NCBI GenBank assembly: GCA_963842885.1
Contig: CAWJIE010000005.1
Location: forward strand, 160,001 to 224,000
Reading direction: 5' to 3'
DNA: 64,000 nucleotides
Source: an uncultured Nitrososphaerota archaeon
Lineage (GTDB): Archaea; Thermoproteota; Nitrososphaeria; Conexivisphaerales; DTJL01
The position numbers and the translations under genes are program-made. Positions 1-9,439 of this stretch are shown one piece after another. The notes below the pieces were generated by a model, which saw only the letters and a list, made by a program, of their open reading frames with translations, ran no database searches and had not been told where the DNA came from. The stretch's first letter is position 1. The number at the start of each line of letters is the position of its first letter.

Positions 1-1167
1 AGAGACGAACGAACCTATCATCGTCGCGACGCCGACGAGCGCGCTGTACACTCCGAGCCTCGACCCCTGGTTCTTCGCCCCGAGGGTATTGAAGATCATC
101 GTGTTGGAGGATGTGTAGTAGACCGCAAAGGCCAGGCCTGTTGCAATCGTGTAGAACAGAAGCGTCCCTCCGAGGTAGGAGAGCCCGCTGGTGAGGACGG
201 CGATGGCGCCGATGGCCGCGTAGCAGCCGGACCTGAGAAGGAGGCCCGCGACGGAGGACTTCCTCAGGTCTCGCTTCTCCACGTAAGGTCCGGCGAAGTA
301 GAACGAAGCGGTCTGGACGGCCACCCCCATCATGGAGACGAGGAAGACCTCGCTGGCGCTGAGGCCCGCCGCGCTCAGGGAGGGGACGAAGGAGGTGTTG
401 AAAAGCCCGCCTGCCACGTAGAACACGAAGACGGAGAGGTAGAGAAGGGGAAGCTGCCTGGTCAACGCGCCCCTGAGTCCTTTGAAGACGGACTTGAAGT
501 CGACCAGGCTCGGGATTCGGAGGAAGAGCAGCGGGAGCACTAGGAGTCTCTGCTGAAGGCTGCGCTTCTGCAGGACGATGAACTCACGCTCGAACGAGAA
601 CGAGGGCTCCCTTATCATCACGAGCGAGAGGAGCGCGGAGGCCAGGGAGAGCACAGAGAGGGGGAGGACGAGGAGTGAGACTGGGAGGAAGTTGGACCAT
701 GCTATGCCCAGCACCAGGCCCAAGGTCGTCCCGACGGCCGAGACCATAGAGAACCTCGCAAAGGCGGACGCCCAACGAGACTTCTGTTGAGTCTCCATGA
801 TAAGGAGGTTCGCCGGCGTCGCAGAGGCGGAAGAGACCAGTGAGAAGAGCGCGTAGGTCATGGCAACTCCGGATATGCTTTTGGCCAGTGGGAGGATGAT
901 GAGGTTCCCCGAGATTGCCACAGAACTCAGGACAATTATGGTCTTCCTGCTCTGAAAGCGGTCCGTGACGAAGCCCCATATCAGCGCGGCGGGGATGCTG
1001 ACTGCGTTGAAGAGTGTAATCGCGAGGCCGACATCGATGACCGTGCCGTGGAGTTCGAGGATGTAGAGCTGGATCAGGGTGCTGACCGGCCCCGCCGCGA
1101 TGCCGACCGGGAGCAGCGAGTAGAACCAGCGCATCCCCGCTTCTTCCTTCGTCCCTCCGACGGTCAT
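1..1167 (-). CDS. MFS transporter (partial, runs off the window start)
   Basis: Manual translation from ATG 1167: MTVGGTKEEAGMRWFYSLLPVGIAAGPVSTLIQLYILELHGTVIDVGLAITLFNAVSIPAALIWGFVTDRFQSRK. Contains MFS motif A (WGxxxDR...RK) and many TM helices. Absent from the ORF track because it has no stop in the window. Confidence 0.85.
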   Translation of the reverse strand, partial: MTVGGTKEEAGMRWFYSLLPVGIAAGPVSTLIQLYILELHGTVIDVGLAITLFNAVSIPAALIWGFVTDRFQSRKTIIVLSSVAISGNLIILPLAKSISGVAMTYALFSLVSSASATPANLLIMETQQKSRWASAFARFSMVSAVGTTLGLVLGIAWSNFLPVSLLVLPLSVLSLASALLSLVMIREPSFSFEREFIVLQKRSLQQRLLVLPLLFLRIPSLVDFKSVFKGLRGALTRQLPLLYLSVFVFYVAGGLFNTSFVPSLSAAGLSASEVFLVSMMGVAVQTASFYFAGPYVEKRDLRKSSVAGLLLRSGCYAAIGAIAVLTSGLSYLGGTLLFYTIATGLAFAVYYTSSNTMIFNTLGAKNQGSRLGVYSALVGVATMIGSFVS

Positions 1168-1473
1168 TTGAATCTGTCCCGGGCTTCCGGAAGGCTCATC
1201 TTCCCGACCTGACGCTTCGTCCCCAAGAGGCCACCCTCATGGCCAGGCTGAACGGGGAGAGAATCGCCTACGCATCCGAGTTCTACGTCCCCCGTGAGCT
1301 TGCTGATAGCCTGTTCAATCCCCAATTTGAGTCGATAGAAGATGATACAGGCCAGACGAAGTTGGTTAGGGGTCCGCTCCATAGCCTCATCCGTTCTCCC
1401 ATGCCGTCGTAGTCAGCGTATTTATGCTGGATGGGCACTCAAATACATCCGAAAGTGAGCTGTTAGCTTGAAG

Positions 1474-1596
1474 ATGCTCAGAGAAAGGCACGATTCCCAG
1501 GACATCGTAGAAGAGGCTGAACTCAGGCGGCATCTGAACGATGGCTGGCAGTTCGTCAGCACGTTGTCCAGCGGGAAGGTCTTGATCCGCAATTAG
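1474..1596 (+). pseudogene. 40-aa remnant resembling the C-terminal tail of archaeal integrase/recombinase-type proteins
   Basis: MLRERHDSQDIVEEAELRRHLNDGWQFVSTLSSGKVLIRN resembles a QxIVxExEL..L..GWxFVxTLxSGKxLI tail. Recalled similarity only; no catalytic domain upstream. Confidence 0.35.
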
Positions 1597-1898
1597 CGCT
1601 TCTGTCCCTGCCGCGATGCAGCAGTTCATCGACCAATTCGGGCGGATTCGTGGCTACGTCGGTACTAGATTGGCCCTCTCAATCGACTTGGTGCCTAGGT
1701 TCTAACTTGCCGGTCGGCGAGGCAGATGGAACGTCTGTGCAAATGAGGATGCACGGTATTCTTGGACTTCTATTCCTGCTGGAAGAGGAATTAATATCAT
1801 CAACCACCAATCCTGGACGTGGGCTTGGACCTGCGAGAATGGGGCATGCCAAGCGACAATCGCTAGCTCGGTTCGGGAATAATGTCACCGGTGGGAGA

Positions 1899-2438
1899 CT
1901 AAGGGCACATGTTTGTCCAAGGATATGGCGGAGTGATACAGAACTTCGAGCTGTTCGAGCTGCTAATCTCGAGGGTATGCGGGACATTGTTAATGTACAA
2001 TGTCACAACGTAGACCGTATCGTTCCCACTGACGTAAGCCTTGGCTGTGAAGGTCGGGTTCTGCGTGCAAGGTAACCTGAAGGCGGCGCACACAGCCACG
2101 GCGCTATCTCCGGTCAATGTCACATTTGTGTAGCTGCCCGTCGGTGCAGGGAACGGGAATCCGCCCGTCAAATTCAGGACCTGCCATTGAAGACTCGTCA
2201 CCAGCTGCTGCACCGATGATAGGTTCCCCTGGTCGGAGGCAGCCTGTTGGCTCCAAACTGTCAGCTCTGTCTGCACCTGTTTCAGCTCGGACTGAAGGGC
2301 ACTGACGTCCGCCTTTGAATTCTTCAATTCTGACTCGTCCTGCAATAACAGGACTGCGAACGACGACGACACCAAAAGGAGGGCGACCAGGCAGACCACC
2401 ATGGCTGCCTCCTTCTTCCCCATCCCAACGCGTGGCAT
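1899..2438 (-). CDS. Membrane-anchored hypothetical protein with coiled-coil stalk and Cys-containing extracellular domain
   Basis: N-terminal hydrophobic helix, Q/L/S heptad segment, several NxS/T sequons, 4 Cys in the C-terminal domain. Confidence 0.65.
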   Translation of the reverse strand: MPRVGMGKKEAAMVVCLVALLLVSSSFAVLLLQDESELKNSKADVSALQSELKQVQTELTVWSQQAASDQGNLSSVQQLVTSLQWQVLNLTGGFPFPAPTGSYTNVTLTGDSAVAVCAAFRLPCTQNPTFTAKAYVSGNDTVYVVTLYINNVPHTLEISSSNSSKFCITPPYPWTNMCP

Positions 2439-2578
2439 CGCTCTATCGCCTCAAGCAGAACAAACAGCGTCCGTCCTATTTGATTGTAACTACAGCCCAC
2501 GTAAGCTTGGACCTGCGAAAAATGGGCCCCACCCTTGCCGACCAACTTGGAAGTCCTCATCATGATCCAAGCCGACGG

Positions 2579-3208
2579 CTAAGGTGAGACTTGGAAGTAT
2601 CCGATTGCTTCGTCTCCCCACGCGTCGAAGACGAGAACTGAATACTCTCCAGCTGGGAATCTCTGGAATGTGTAACTCTGCCGAAAGCCGACCCAGTAAC
2701 CCGAAACAACCGACGTTTCATTGACAAGCCGAGATTCGTTCTGTTGATAGCCACCGAGAGTTGCTTGTATCGTTGCCATCGCGCCGTTTGGTGAAAAAGT
2801 ATACTGAAATGTGAACAGTGCTGGGCAGAAGTAACGCAACGATGGGTTATAGAGCAAGAGTTCAGCAGCTTGTGATAGATTGCTGAGCGAGTAATGTCCC
2901 ATGTAGACTCTCACCCCCGTGGCAAAATCCTGCTGGCAGGGCCCGTAGGCAGGATTGTCGATGGAAGTTGAATTCACTTGAAGGTATGTTGATAGCGTAT
3001 TGTTGACCTCAGCGATGACGCTGACGTTCTGTTCCTCTGGCTCAATCGTAGCTGTCAGCTCCAGCCCGTCGTGTACGGGAGAATGAGCCACCATCGGTGT
3101 CGAGGCATTCTCAAGGAGATGATGCTCTTGACTCAGCAGTCCAAAAGCCAAGGCAGACGCCGCTACTAGCACACATAAGCCAATAACTAGCGTCCAGTTC
3201 TTCACCAT
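2579..3208 (-). CDS. Secreted or membrane-anchored hypothetical protein (beta-rich)
   Basis: Signal/TM helix, NxS/T sequons, C-terminal PAGEYSVLVFDAWG Ig-like strand motif. Confidence 0.7.
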   Translation of the reverse strand: MVKNWTLVIGLCVLVAASALAFGLLSQEHHLLENASTPMVAHSPVHDGLELTATIEPEEQNVSVIAEVNNTLSTYLQVNSTSIDNPAYGPCQQDFATGVRVYMGHYSLSNLSQAAELLLYNPSLRYFCPALFTFQYTFSPNGAMATIQATLGGYQQNESRLVNETSVVSGYWVGFRQSYTFQRFPAGEYSVLVFDAWGDEAIGYFQVSP

Positions 3209-3364
3209 CCTGACCCCAATCTGTACTACCTAGGCCTCCTCTTAGTTCTACCATCAGGAACAGTCACTCGGGTATCTGTTGCTGCTGGAGGGAATTGTTA
3301 TGTCCTCAAGACTACCGTGGACGAAACACAACTCACGAGGTTCGGAACTGGTAAATGGAATCCC

Positions 3365-3655
3365 ATGTCAAGACCCCAAGAAGAGGTGGTAAGTCAAAGA
3401 GTCGGTAACGGCGACGTTGTGGTCCTCCCCTGGGCAATCCACGGCAAGGTCCTAGCCAAGGAGTACACTTTCAAGGACTTCCACGACGGCCTTGAATTCG
3501 TCAAGAAAGTGGCCGTAATCGCCGACAAGCAGGACCATCATCCTGACGTGCTGCTGTCCTATGGCAGCGTGGTCCTCGAGCTGACGACTCATTCCAAGGG
3601 AAGGCTGACCGACAAGGACTTCAAGCTGGCTGCCGTTATCGACAGGCTGTCCTAG
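3365..3655 (+). CDS. phhB: Pterin-4-alpha-carbinolamine dehydratase
   Basis: FKDF...A..QDHHPD...LTTH..G.LTDKDFKLA signature. Alternative start GTG 3317. Confidence 0.9.
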   Translation: MSRPQEEVVSQRVGNGDVVVLPWAIHGKVLAKEYTFKDFHDGLEFVKKVAVIADKQDHHPDVLLSYGSVVLELTTHSKGRLTDKDFKLAAVIDRLS

Positions 3656-3796
3656 AGGAAGAATCCCTGCCCAGGGCACCGTGGATGATAGTTTACCCTT
3701 GGTTCGGTCCCCGTAGCTATCGGACCTGCGTAGGGCGAGACACCGATGCGAAAGATGCGTCTCGAATAAATACATCGCCCAGAGGACTCTCTAGCA

Positions 3797-4402
3797 ATGA
3801 CAAAGAGATACACTCTTCCGGATCTTCCGTACAAGTACGACTCGCTTGAACCGTACATCTCGCAGGAGATCATGAAGCTTCATCACGACAAGCACCATCT
3901 TGCCTACGTCAATGGCGCCAACGCTGCTCTCGACAAGCTTGAGCTAGGTAGAAAGAACAACTGGCAAGGGGTTGACCTGAAGGCGGTCGAAAGGGATCTG
4001 AGCTTCAATCTCGCGGGTCACGTGCTCCACTCCATCTTCTGGACGAACATGAAGCCGAACGGTGGGGGGAAGCCTGGCGGGAAGCTGGCCGACCTGATCA
4101 ACGAGGACTTCGGGTCCTTCGATGCCTTCAAGGCCCAGCTGGCGGCTGCCTCCAAGAGCGTCGAAGGCTCCGGATGGGGCCTTCTGATCTACGACCCTAC
4201 GAGCGACCAGCTGCTGACTATGCAGTCAGAGAAGCATAACCTGCAGGTGACCCAGACGTCGATTCCACTGTTGGTCTGCGATGTATGGGAACATGCGTAC
4301 TACCTCCAGTACAAGAACGATCGTGGCGCCTACGTGGACGCGTTCTGGAACGTAATAAACTGGGAAGACGTTGACAATAGGCTGACAAAAGGCAAGTCCT
4401 AA
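3797..4402 (+). CDS. sod: Fe/Mn superoxide dismutase
   Basis: LHHDKHH, HVLHSIFW, GSGWG and DVWEHAYY motifs. Confidence 0.97.
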   Translation: MTKRYTLPDLPYKYDSLEPYISQEIMKLHHDKHHLAYVNGANAALDKLELGRKNNWQGVDLKAVERDLSFNLAGHVLHSIFWTNMKPNGGGKPGGKLADLINEDFGSFDAFKAQLAAASKSVEGSGWGLLIYDPTSDQLLTMQSEKHNLQVTQTSIPLLVCDVWEHAYYLQYKNDRGAYVDAFWNVINWEDVDNRLTKGKS

Positions 4403-4433
4403 ACACGCCATAGCGCCTCGTCTACGCTTCGCA

Positions 4434-4461
4434 CGACCCGTTCCGCTGTCGGGTTTTCTTT
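4434..4461 (+). terminator. Putative terminator downstream of sod
   Basis: gacccg-N9-cgggtt stem followed by ttcttt. Confidence 0.4.
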
Positions 4462-4533
4462 ATCTCTGTTCGTCGTAGCATTGGGCAGGCTGGTTGGAAC
4501 CGTGCAAGATAGAGGTGTTCGCAATGCAACGCC

Positions 4534-5088
4534 TCAAGGCCAAGTGACAGTGCTAGGGTAGCTGTTGCCGGCGGCTGTGACCACGGTAAAGGCGTATGTG
4601 ACCCCTGACGTCGGGTTGCCAAGGTTCGCGGCGGCTATGCTCAGGGTCCCGGTGGTCCCGGACGCGAGGTTGAAGCTGTTGCCACTGGTGGTGAAAGGCC
4701 CGCCCGGAGTTATGGTTGAACTCGCCACGGGCGAACCGTTGAACACGACCTGCGTCACAGTGATCTGAGAGGCTCCCATGTTGCCGATGGAGATGATGAG
4801 GCTATCATTCTTCACGTAGGAGTTCAGGACCACCCTTTCGACCCCCGGGCTGGAGCCAGGAACTTGACCCCCCAACGAGGACAGGGCTGTCTGAAGTGAC
4901 GTCATCTGGACCTGGAGCTGGGAGTCCTGCGCCTGCAGCTGAGTGACCTCGGTCTGCAGCGCGCTGACGGTGGAGTTGAGATTAGCGTTCTGGGTCTGGA
5001 GCGACTGGTCCTCCAGGTAGAAGAACGCAGCGGCGATAGCTATGACGGCTATGAGGGCGACCAGCAGGGTGCGTGTCCATGAAGCCAT
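4534..5088 (-). CDS. Membrane-anchored coiled-coil protein with archaeal pilin-like/Ig-like head
   Basis: TM helix, ~45-aa Q-rich heptad stalk, C-terminal IxIGNMG..ITVTQV.FNG...YAFTVVTAAGNSY domain. Confidence 0.7.
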   Translation of the reverse strand: MASWTRTLLVALIAVIAIAAAFFYLEDQSLQTQNANLNSTVSALQTEVTQLQAQDSQLQVQMTSLQTALSSLGGQVPGSSPGVERVVLNSYVKNDSLIISIGNMGASQITVTQVVFNGSPVASSTITPGGPFTTSGNSFNLASGTTGTLSIAAANLGNPTSGVTYAFTVVTAAGNSYPSTVTWP

Positions 5089-5359
5089 GATTCAGGGTGA
5101 GGATTGCGCTCGCTTTTAGGGGTTGCTGCGCCGCGTCGGTTTCTTGAAAGCTCAGGAAGAAGCGTAAATATTTCCTCTCATCTCGGGGCGCTATCAGATT
5201 CCCCCCTCCAGGTACTCTCGCAGCCTGCATCCCGATTACCCGAGTCTGCCGGCCGGGCGGACTGCCTCAAGATCACCGAGACCTGCGGAAGGACGAAATG
5301 TGGAAGCTGGCACGCGGTTCTCAGTCTCATATAGCCAGCAGCCCTGAGACGTAGCAGCA

Positions 5360-5857
5360 ATGAAAGCGGCAGTCCTTTTCGACACTCTGTTCGGCAACAC
5401 GGAGAAGATAGCTAACTCTCTTGCCAGGGGTCTGCGGGAGAAAGGCATCGAAACCGACTGCGTCAACATCAACGCTGTGAAGATCGAGGACCTCCCTGGG
5501 TATGACCTCCTGGCTTTTGGAGCCCCCACGCGCGCCTTCACCGTCGCTAAGCCCATGAGGGACTTCCTCTCCAGGTTGGAGTCTACGAATCTCGGCGGCA
5601 AGCTTGGCTACGCCTTCGACACGAGGATCGACAACCGTCTTTCCGGAAGCGCGGCAAAGTACATCGAAAAGAAGCTGGAAGCGATGGGCGTCAGGATGGT
5701 CAGGCCGCGCTCATCGGCGTTCATCGAGGGAAAAGGGCCCGCGGACAGCCCAGGTGGAACATCTCTCAGACAGGGGATGGAGGAGAGCTTCGAGGCCATC
5801 GGTCGCGAAATTGGTGACGCGTTCAAGAGTGGGGCTTCTGCTCACGGGCCTCCCTGA
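5360..5857 (+). CDS. Flavodoxin family protein
   Basis: DTLFGNTEKIA FMN-binding loop, GAPT, YAFDTR. Confidence 0.9.
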   Translation: MKAAVLFDTLFGNTEKIANSLARGLREKGIETDCVNINAVKIEDLPGYDLLAFGAPTRAFTVAKPMRDFLSRLESTNLGGKLGYAFDTRIDNRLSGSAAKYIEKKLEAMGVRMVRPRSSAFIEGKGPADSPGGTSLRQGMEESFEAIGREIGDAFKSGASAHGPP

Positions 5858-5881
5858 CCGGAGGCTCCTCTCCACACGGCA

Positions 5882-6841
5882 TTACGATTCTGTTGGTTTT
5901 GACTTGGCGTGCCTTCCGCGCAGCCCCAAGGACAGCAGCGCCGAGAAGGCGATTACTGTCAGAACTACGGCTATCGAGTCCAAAGTGGGTATCACAAAGC
6001 CAAACTCACCGGCTATCATCTTGATCCCGAAGAAGACCAAGACCACAGCGAGCCCCTTGCTAAGGTACTCAAGCTTATACATGAACATCGCCAGCGCCGT
6101 GTAGAGGCTCCTCAGGCCGAGTATCGCCGAAATGTTCGAGGTGTAGGCGATGAAGAAGTTCAGAGTTATGGCGATGACCGCCGGCAGGGAGTCAAGGGCG
6201 AACACGATGTCTGTGGTCTCAATCGCCAGGAGGGCGAGCACCAAGGGTGTCAGATACCTCCTTCCGTTGTCTTGAGCGATGAACTTCGAGCCGTAGAAAC
6301 GGTCACTGAAAGGAGCGAACCTTCTAGCAAACCTGACCACGGGATTGCGACCGGGGTCCACCTCCCCCATTCCGCTCCGCGCAAGCCTATAACCCGAGAA
6401 GATCAGGATGGCACCAAAGACCGCTATCATCCAGTCGAACCTTGCTATGAGCTCCAGGCCCGACGCGATAAAGACACCGCGCAGGATCATCGCGGAAACG
6501 ATGCCGACGTAAAGCGTTTTGTTCTGATAGGCTAACGGAACGGCGAAATAGGCGAAGATCACCGCGAAGACGAATAGGTTGTCGAAGCTCAGGGAGTACT
6601 CGACGAGATAGGCCGTGAAGTAAAGCAGAGAAGCGCTTCCGCCGAAGAAGAGACCTATCAGGGCACCCATCACGACCGCGACGGCCACCCAGACGAGGAC
6701 CCAAGATATGGCACTCTTGACAGTCGGATTGTTGCCTTTCCGGTGGAACATGAGGTCGATGCCTATGAACGCGACCACCACCACGTGATAGAGAACCCAA
6801 ACCCAGAGAGGTATTGGGGGAAATAGGACGGGGGAAGGCAA
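5882..6841 (-). CDS. TerC/Alx family metal homeostasis membrane protein
   Basis: EYSLSFDNLFVF, IETTDIVFALDSLPA, SNISAILGLR. Start placed at TTG 6841, ~28 nt below a TTTAAA box; the ORF track starts at 6901. Confidence 0.92.
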   Translation of the reverse strand: MPSPVLFPPIPLWVWVLYHVVVVAFIGIDLMFHRKGNNPTVKSAISWVLVWVAVAVVMGALIGLFFGGSASLLYFTAYLVEYSLSFDNLFVFAVIFAYFAVPLAYQNKTLYVGIVSAMILRGVFIASGLELIARFDWMIAVFGAILIFSGYRLARSGMGEVDPGRNPVVRFARRFAPFSDRFYGSKFIAQDNGRRYLTPLVLALLAIETTDIVFALDSLPAVIAITLNFFIAYTSNISAILGLRSLYTALAMFMYKLEYLSKGLAVVLVFFGIKMIAGEFGFVIPTLDSIAVVLTVIAFSALLSLGLRGRHAKSKPTES

Positions 6842-7133
6842 GCTGGCGATTCTGGTTCCCTGCATCATTTTAAACATGCTCAGCCGGGAACCCAGTTTCA
6901 CGGAGGCGCAACATAGTGCGAAATCTCCGAGAGAGCATCAAGAGCGCGCGGGAATCCCGCAGCAAGGCCTGTAGCTGCAGGCTGAATCACAAAATATGGA
7001 ACGCGAGAGTGGACGTAGCCTACCCCTACGAAAAGATTGCCATGGATATCTGCTGCTGGACAAGATTAGTATATCTTGAATCCTCGTTGGTGTTGATCAA
7101 GCGTGGAGTGAGTTCCAGTAATCCGGCGAGATG

Positions 7134-8636
7134 TCAGGCATCGAAGTACAGGTAGAATTCGTACGGATGGGGCCTGATGCTTATCGCCCTGTGGTCCTTC
7201 AGCTCCCTCTCGACGATGTCGTCCAGCACCTCCTTGGGGAAGATGGGCCTCAGGTACTCGGAATCGCTGAGCATGGCCTCCGTCGCCTCTACGAGGCTTC
7301 CCGGCAGCTGCTTGATGCCGAGCTCCCTGCGCTTCTCGGGCGAGAGATCGTAGATGTTCCCGTCGACCGGATCACCGCAGTCGAGCTTCTTCGTTATGCC
7401 GTCCAGACCCGCCGTCAGTATGGCCGACTCGGCGAGATAGGCGTTGCAGCTGGAGTCGGGCGTCCTGAACTCGACCCTCTTGGACTTCGGGTCCTTCGTA
7501 GTGTATGTGGGTATCCTGACGTTGGCGCTCCTGTTGCTCCTGCTCCACGCGATGTAGACCGGGGCTTCATAGCCCGGAACTAACCTGTGATAGGAGTTGG
7601 TCGTGGGGTTCGTGATGGCCGTGAGGCTCCTGCTGTGATTCAGGAGGCCCCCCATGAAGTAGCGGGCGGTCTGGCTTACTTCCGCATAGCTATCCGACTC
7701 GTCGTAGAAGGTGTTCTCGTCGCCGGCCTCTGAAGGTTGTGCAGCATCGCCCGCGGCGCCGTCGGCCTTTCTCCAAAGGCTCACGTGCACGTGCATGCCT
7801 GATCCGTTGTCCATGGCGATGGGCTTCGGCATGGCGGTGACTATCTTCCCTCGGCTCGCCGCGACGTTCTTCGCGACGTATTTGACAGTCGAGATGCCGT
7901 CGGCCATTGCCGTCAGCGTATCTCGCCTGACGTTGAACTCGACCTGGCCAGCCGTGGCGACCTCATGATGGTGCGCCTCGACGGGCACGTGGAAGTCGTG
8001 CGCAAGGTAGAGGCTCGTCTCATTCCTGAACTCCTGGAGTGTGTCCTGTGGGGAGGTCGGGTGATATCCTTCCTTGAAGCGGATGGGATAGCCATCGCCC
8101 TGGTTCCAAGCGGCCTCCTTCGACTCTATGGTGTAGGATTGTCCCCTATACGGGTCAAGGACGTCCCAAGTGACCCTGTCCAGCACGAACACCTCAAGCT
8201 CAGGACCCCAGAGGCCATAGCTGAAACCTCTGTCCTGGATGTACTTCTCGGCGGCCTGCGCGATGGCGCGCGGGTCCTTGGAGTACCTCCCGCGACGACG
8301 GTTCATGTACACGTCTCCGATCATCCTGGCCATCTTCTGCTCCGGCGGCGACCAGGGGATGACGGCGAAGGTGTCCGTGTCGGGCTTCAGCATCATGTCC
8401 GAGTCTCCAATTCCGGTGTAACCCCTGATGCTAGACCCGTCAATCTTTGGGTACCCTTCCTCGAGGTTCTCTTCTGTTATGTGGTACGACGGCACCGTGA
8501 TGTGGTTGATCCTCCCAGGGAGGTCAATGAACTGTAGGTCCATGAACTGGATTCCTTCCTTCTTGATTTCCTCGACGACCTCGGAGGCGCCCATCTTGAA
8601 CGGAACGAACTTGTTTCCATCTATCTTGAATGGCAT
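7134..8636 (-). CDS. glnA: Glutamine synthetase type I
   Basis: DGSSIRG, GPELE, HHHEVAT, PKPIAMDNGSGMHVH, RLVPGYEAP, NRSANVRIP, RVEFRTPD. Confidence 0.97.
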   Translation of the reverse strand: MPFKIDGNKFVPFKMGASEVVEEIKKEGIQFMDLQFIDLPGRINHITVPSYHITEENLEEGYPKIDGSSIRGYTGIGDSDMMLKPDTDTFAVIPWSPPEQKMARMIGDVYMNRRRGRYSKDPRAIAQAAEKYIQDRGFSYGLWGPELEVFVLDRVTWDVLDPYRGQSYTIESKEAAWNQGDGYPIRFKEGYHPTSPQDTLQEFRNETSLYLAHDFHVPVEAHHHEVATAGQVEFNVRRDTLTAMADGISTVKYVAKNVAASRGKIVTAMPKPIAMDNGSGMHVHVSLWRKADGAAGDAAQPSEAGDENTFYDESDSYAEVSQTARYFMGGLLNHSRSLTAITNPTTNSYHRLVPGYEAPVYIAWSRSNRSANVRIPTYTTKDPKSKRVEFRTPDSSCNAYLAESAILTAGLDGITKKLDCGDPVDGNIYDLSPEKRRELGIKQLPGSLVEATEAMLSDSEYLRPIFPKEVLDDIVERELKDHRAISIRPHPYEFYLYFDA

Positions 8637-8818
8637 GTTCTAATCGACCTGTTTCTTGAATAGCGCCACTTTGTCCTAGTCAGTTATAAAGATATTTGGA
8701 CTTCTGCTGGACGTATGACCAACAATGGCATGATTCGCCAGACGGATGTCCAACGATGCGGCATCGGTCGATAGGCATGCTGAATGCCTGTCCAATCCTT
8801 CGCCGGGAGCCTGCGCCG

Positions 8819-9274
8819 TCAGAAGAGGCGGAAGTCCTCCTTGATCGTGGTGAGCACGACATGGGTGTTGGTCCTTTCGGCATAGGGAAGAGAGAGCAGC
8901 TTCTTTGTAAAACCGCTCAGGTCCTCCCTGGACTTGAACTTGGCGATTATGAACATGTCGGTGAGGCCGGTGGCGTCGTAGACGGCGCAGACCATGGGCC
9001 ACATCGCTATCTCCTTCTCCGTCTCGAGGAGTTTGCCCTTCGAGACAGTCATCTCCGTGACGACCGTCAAGGAGTATCCGAGCTTCTCTTGGTCGAACAC
9101 CGCCGAGTACCCCTTGATGATGCCCACCTTCTCCAACCTCTTCGTCCTTGAAAGCACCGTCCCCACGGCGACGTTGAGCTTCTCGGCCACCTTCCTGTAG
9201 CTCATGCGTGCGTCGCGGAGGTACTCCCCCATTATCCGCATGTCCAAATCATCGACGTCCAGCTGCGTGTTCAT
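8819..9274 (-). CDS. Lrp/AsnC family transcriptional regulator
   Basis: N-terminal HTH (DARMSYRKVA...TV..R..RLEK.GII.GY) and C-terminal RAM domain. Start ATG 9274 lies ~25 nt below an AT-rich box. Confidence 0.93.
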   Translation of the reverse strand: MNTQLDVDDLDMRIMGEYLRDARMSYRKVAEKLNVAVGTVLSRTKRLEKVGIIKGYSAVFDQEKLGYSLTVVTEMTVSKGKLLETEKEIAMWPMVCAVYDATGLTDMFIIAKFKSREDLSGFTKKLLSLPYAERTNTHVVLTTIKEDFRLF

Positions 9275-9439
9275 GCATCGAATCGCCACCTGCATGGGTA
9301 TTTATCCATTCCATGGTGTTGCCTCCATCTCGATTTGCGACGCCTGCTTCCGGGAGTCGCAGCCGAGCCGGAGGACGACGCGGTCGGGACAGAAGCTTTA
9401 GATAGCTCAGGCTGAGAAGGCAAAAAAAGGTAAGATTGA

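Noticed and set aside
6841-7130. yybP-ykoY Mn riboswitch upstream of terC/alx
   Set aside because: A TTTAAA box sits ~28 nt from the likely start, implying a leaderless mRNA, and no riboswitch consensus was recognisable.
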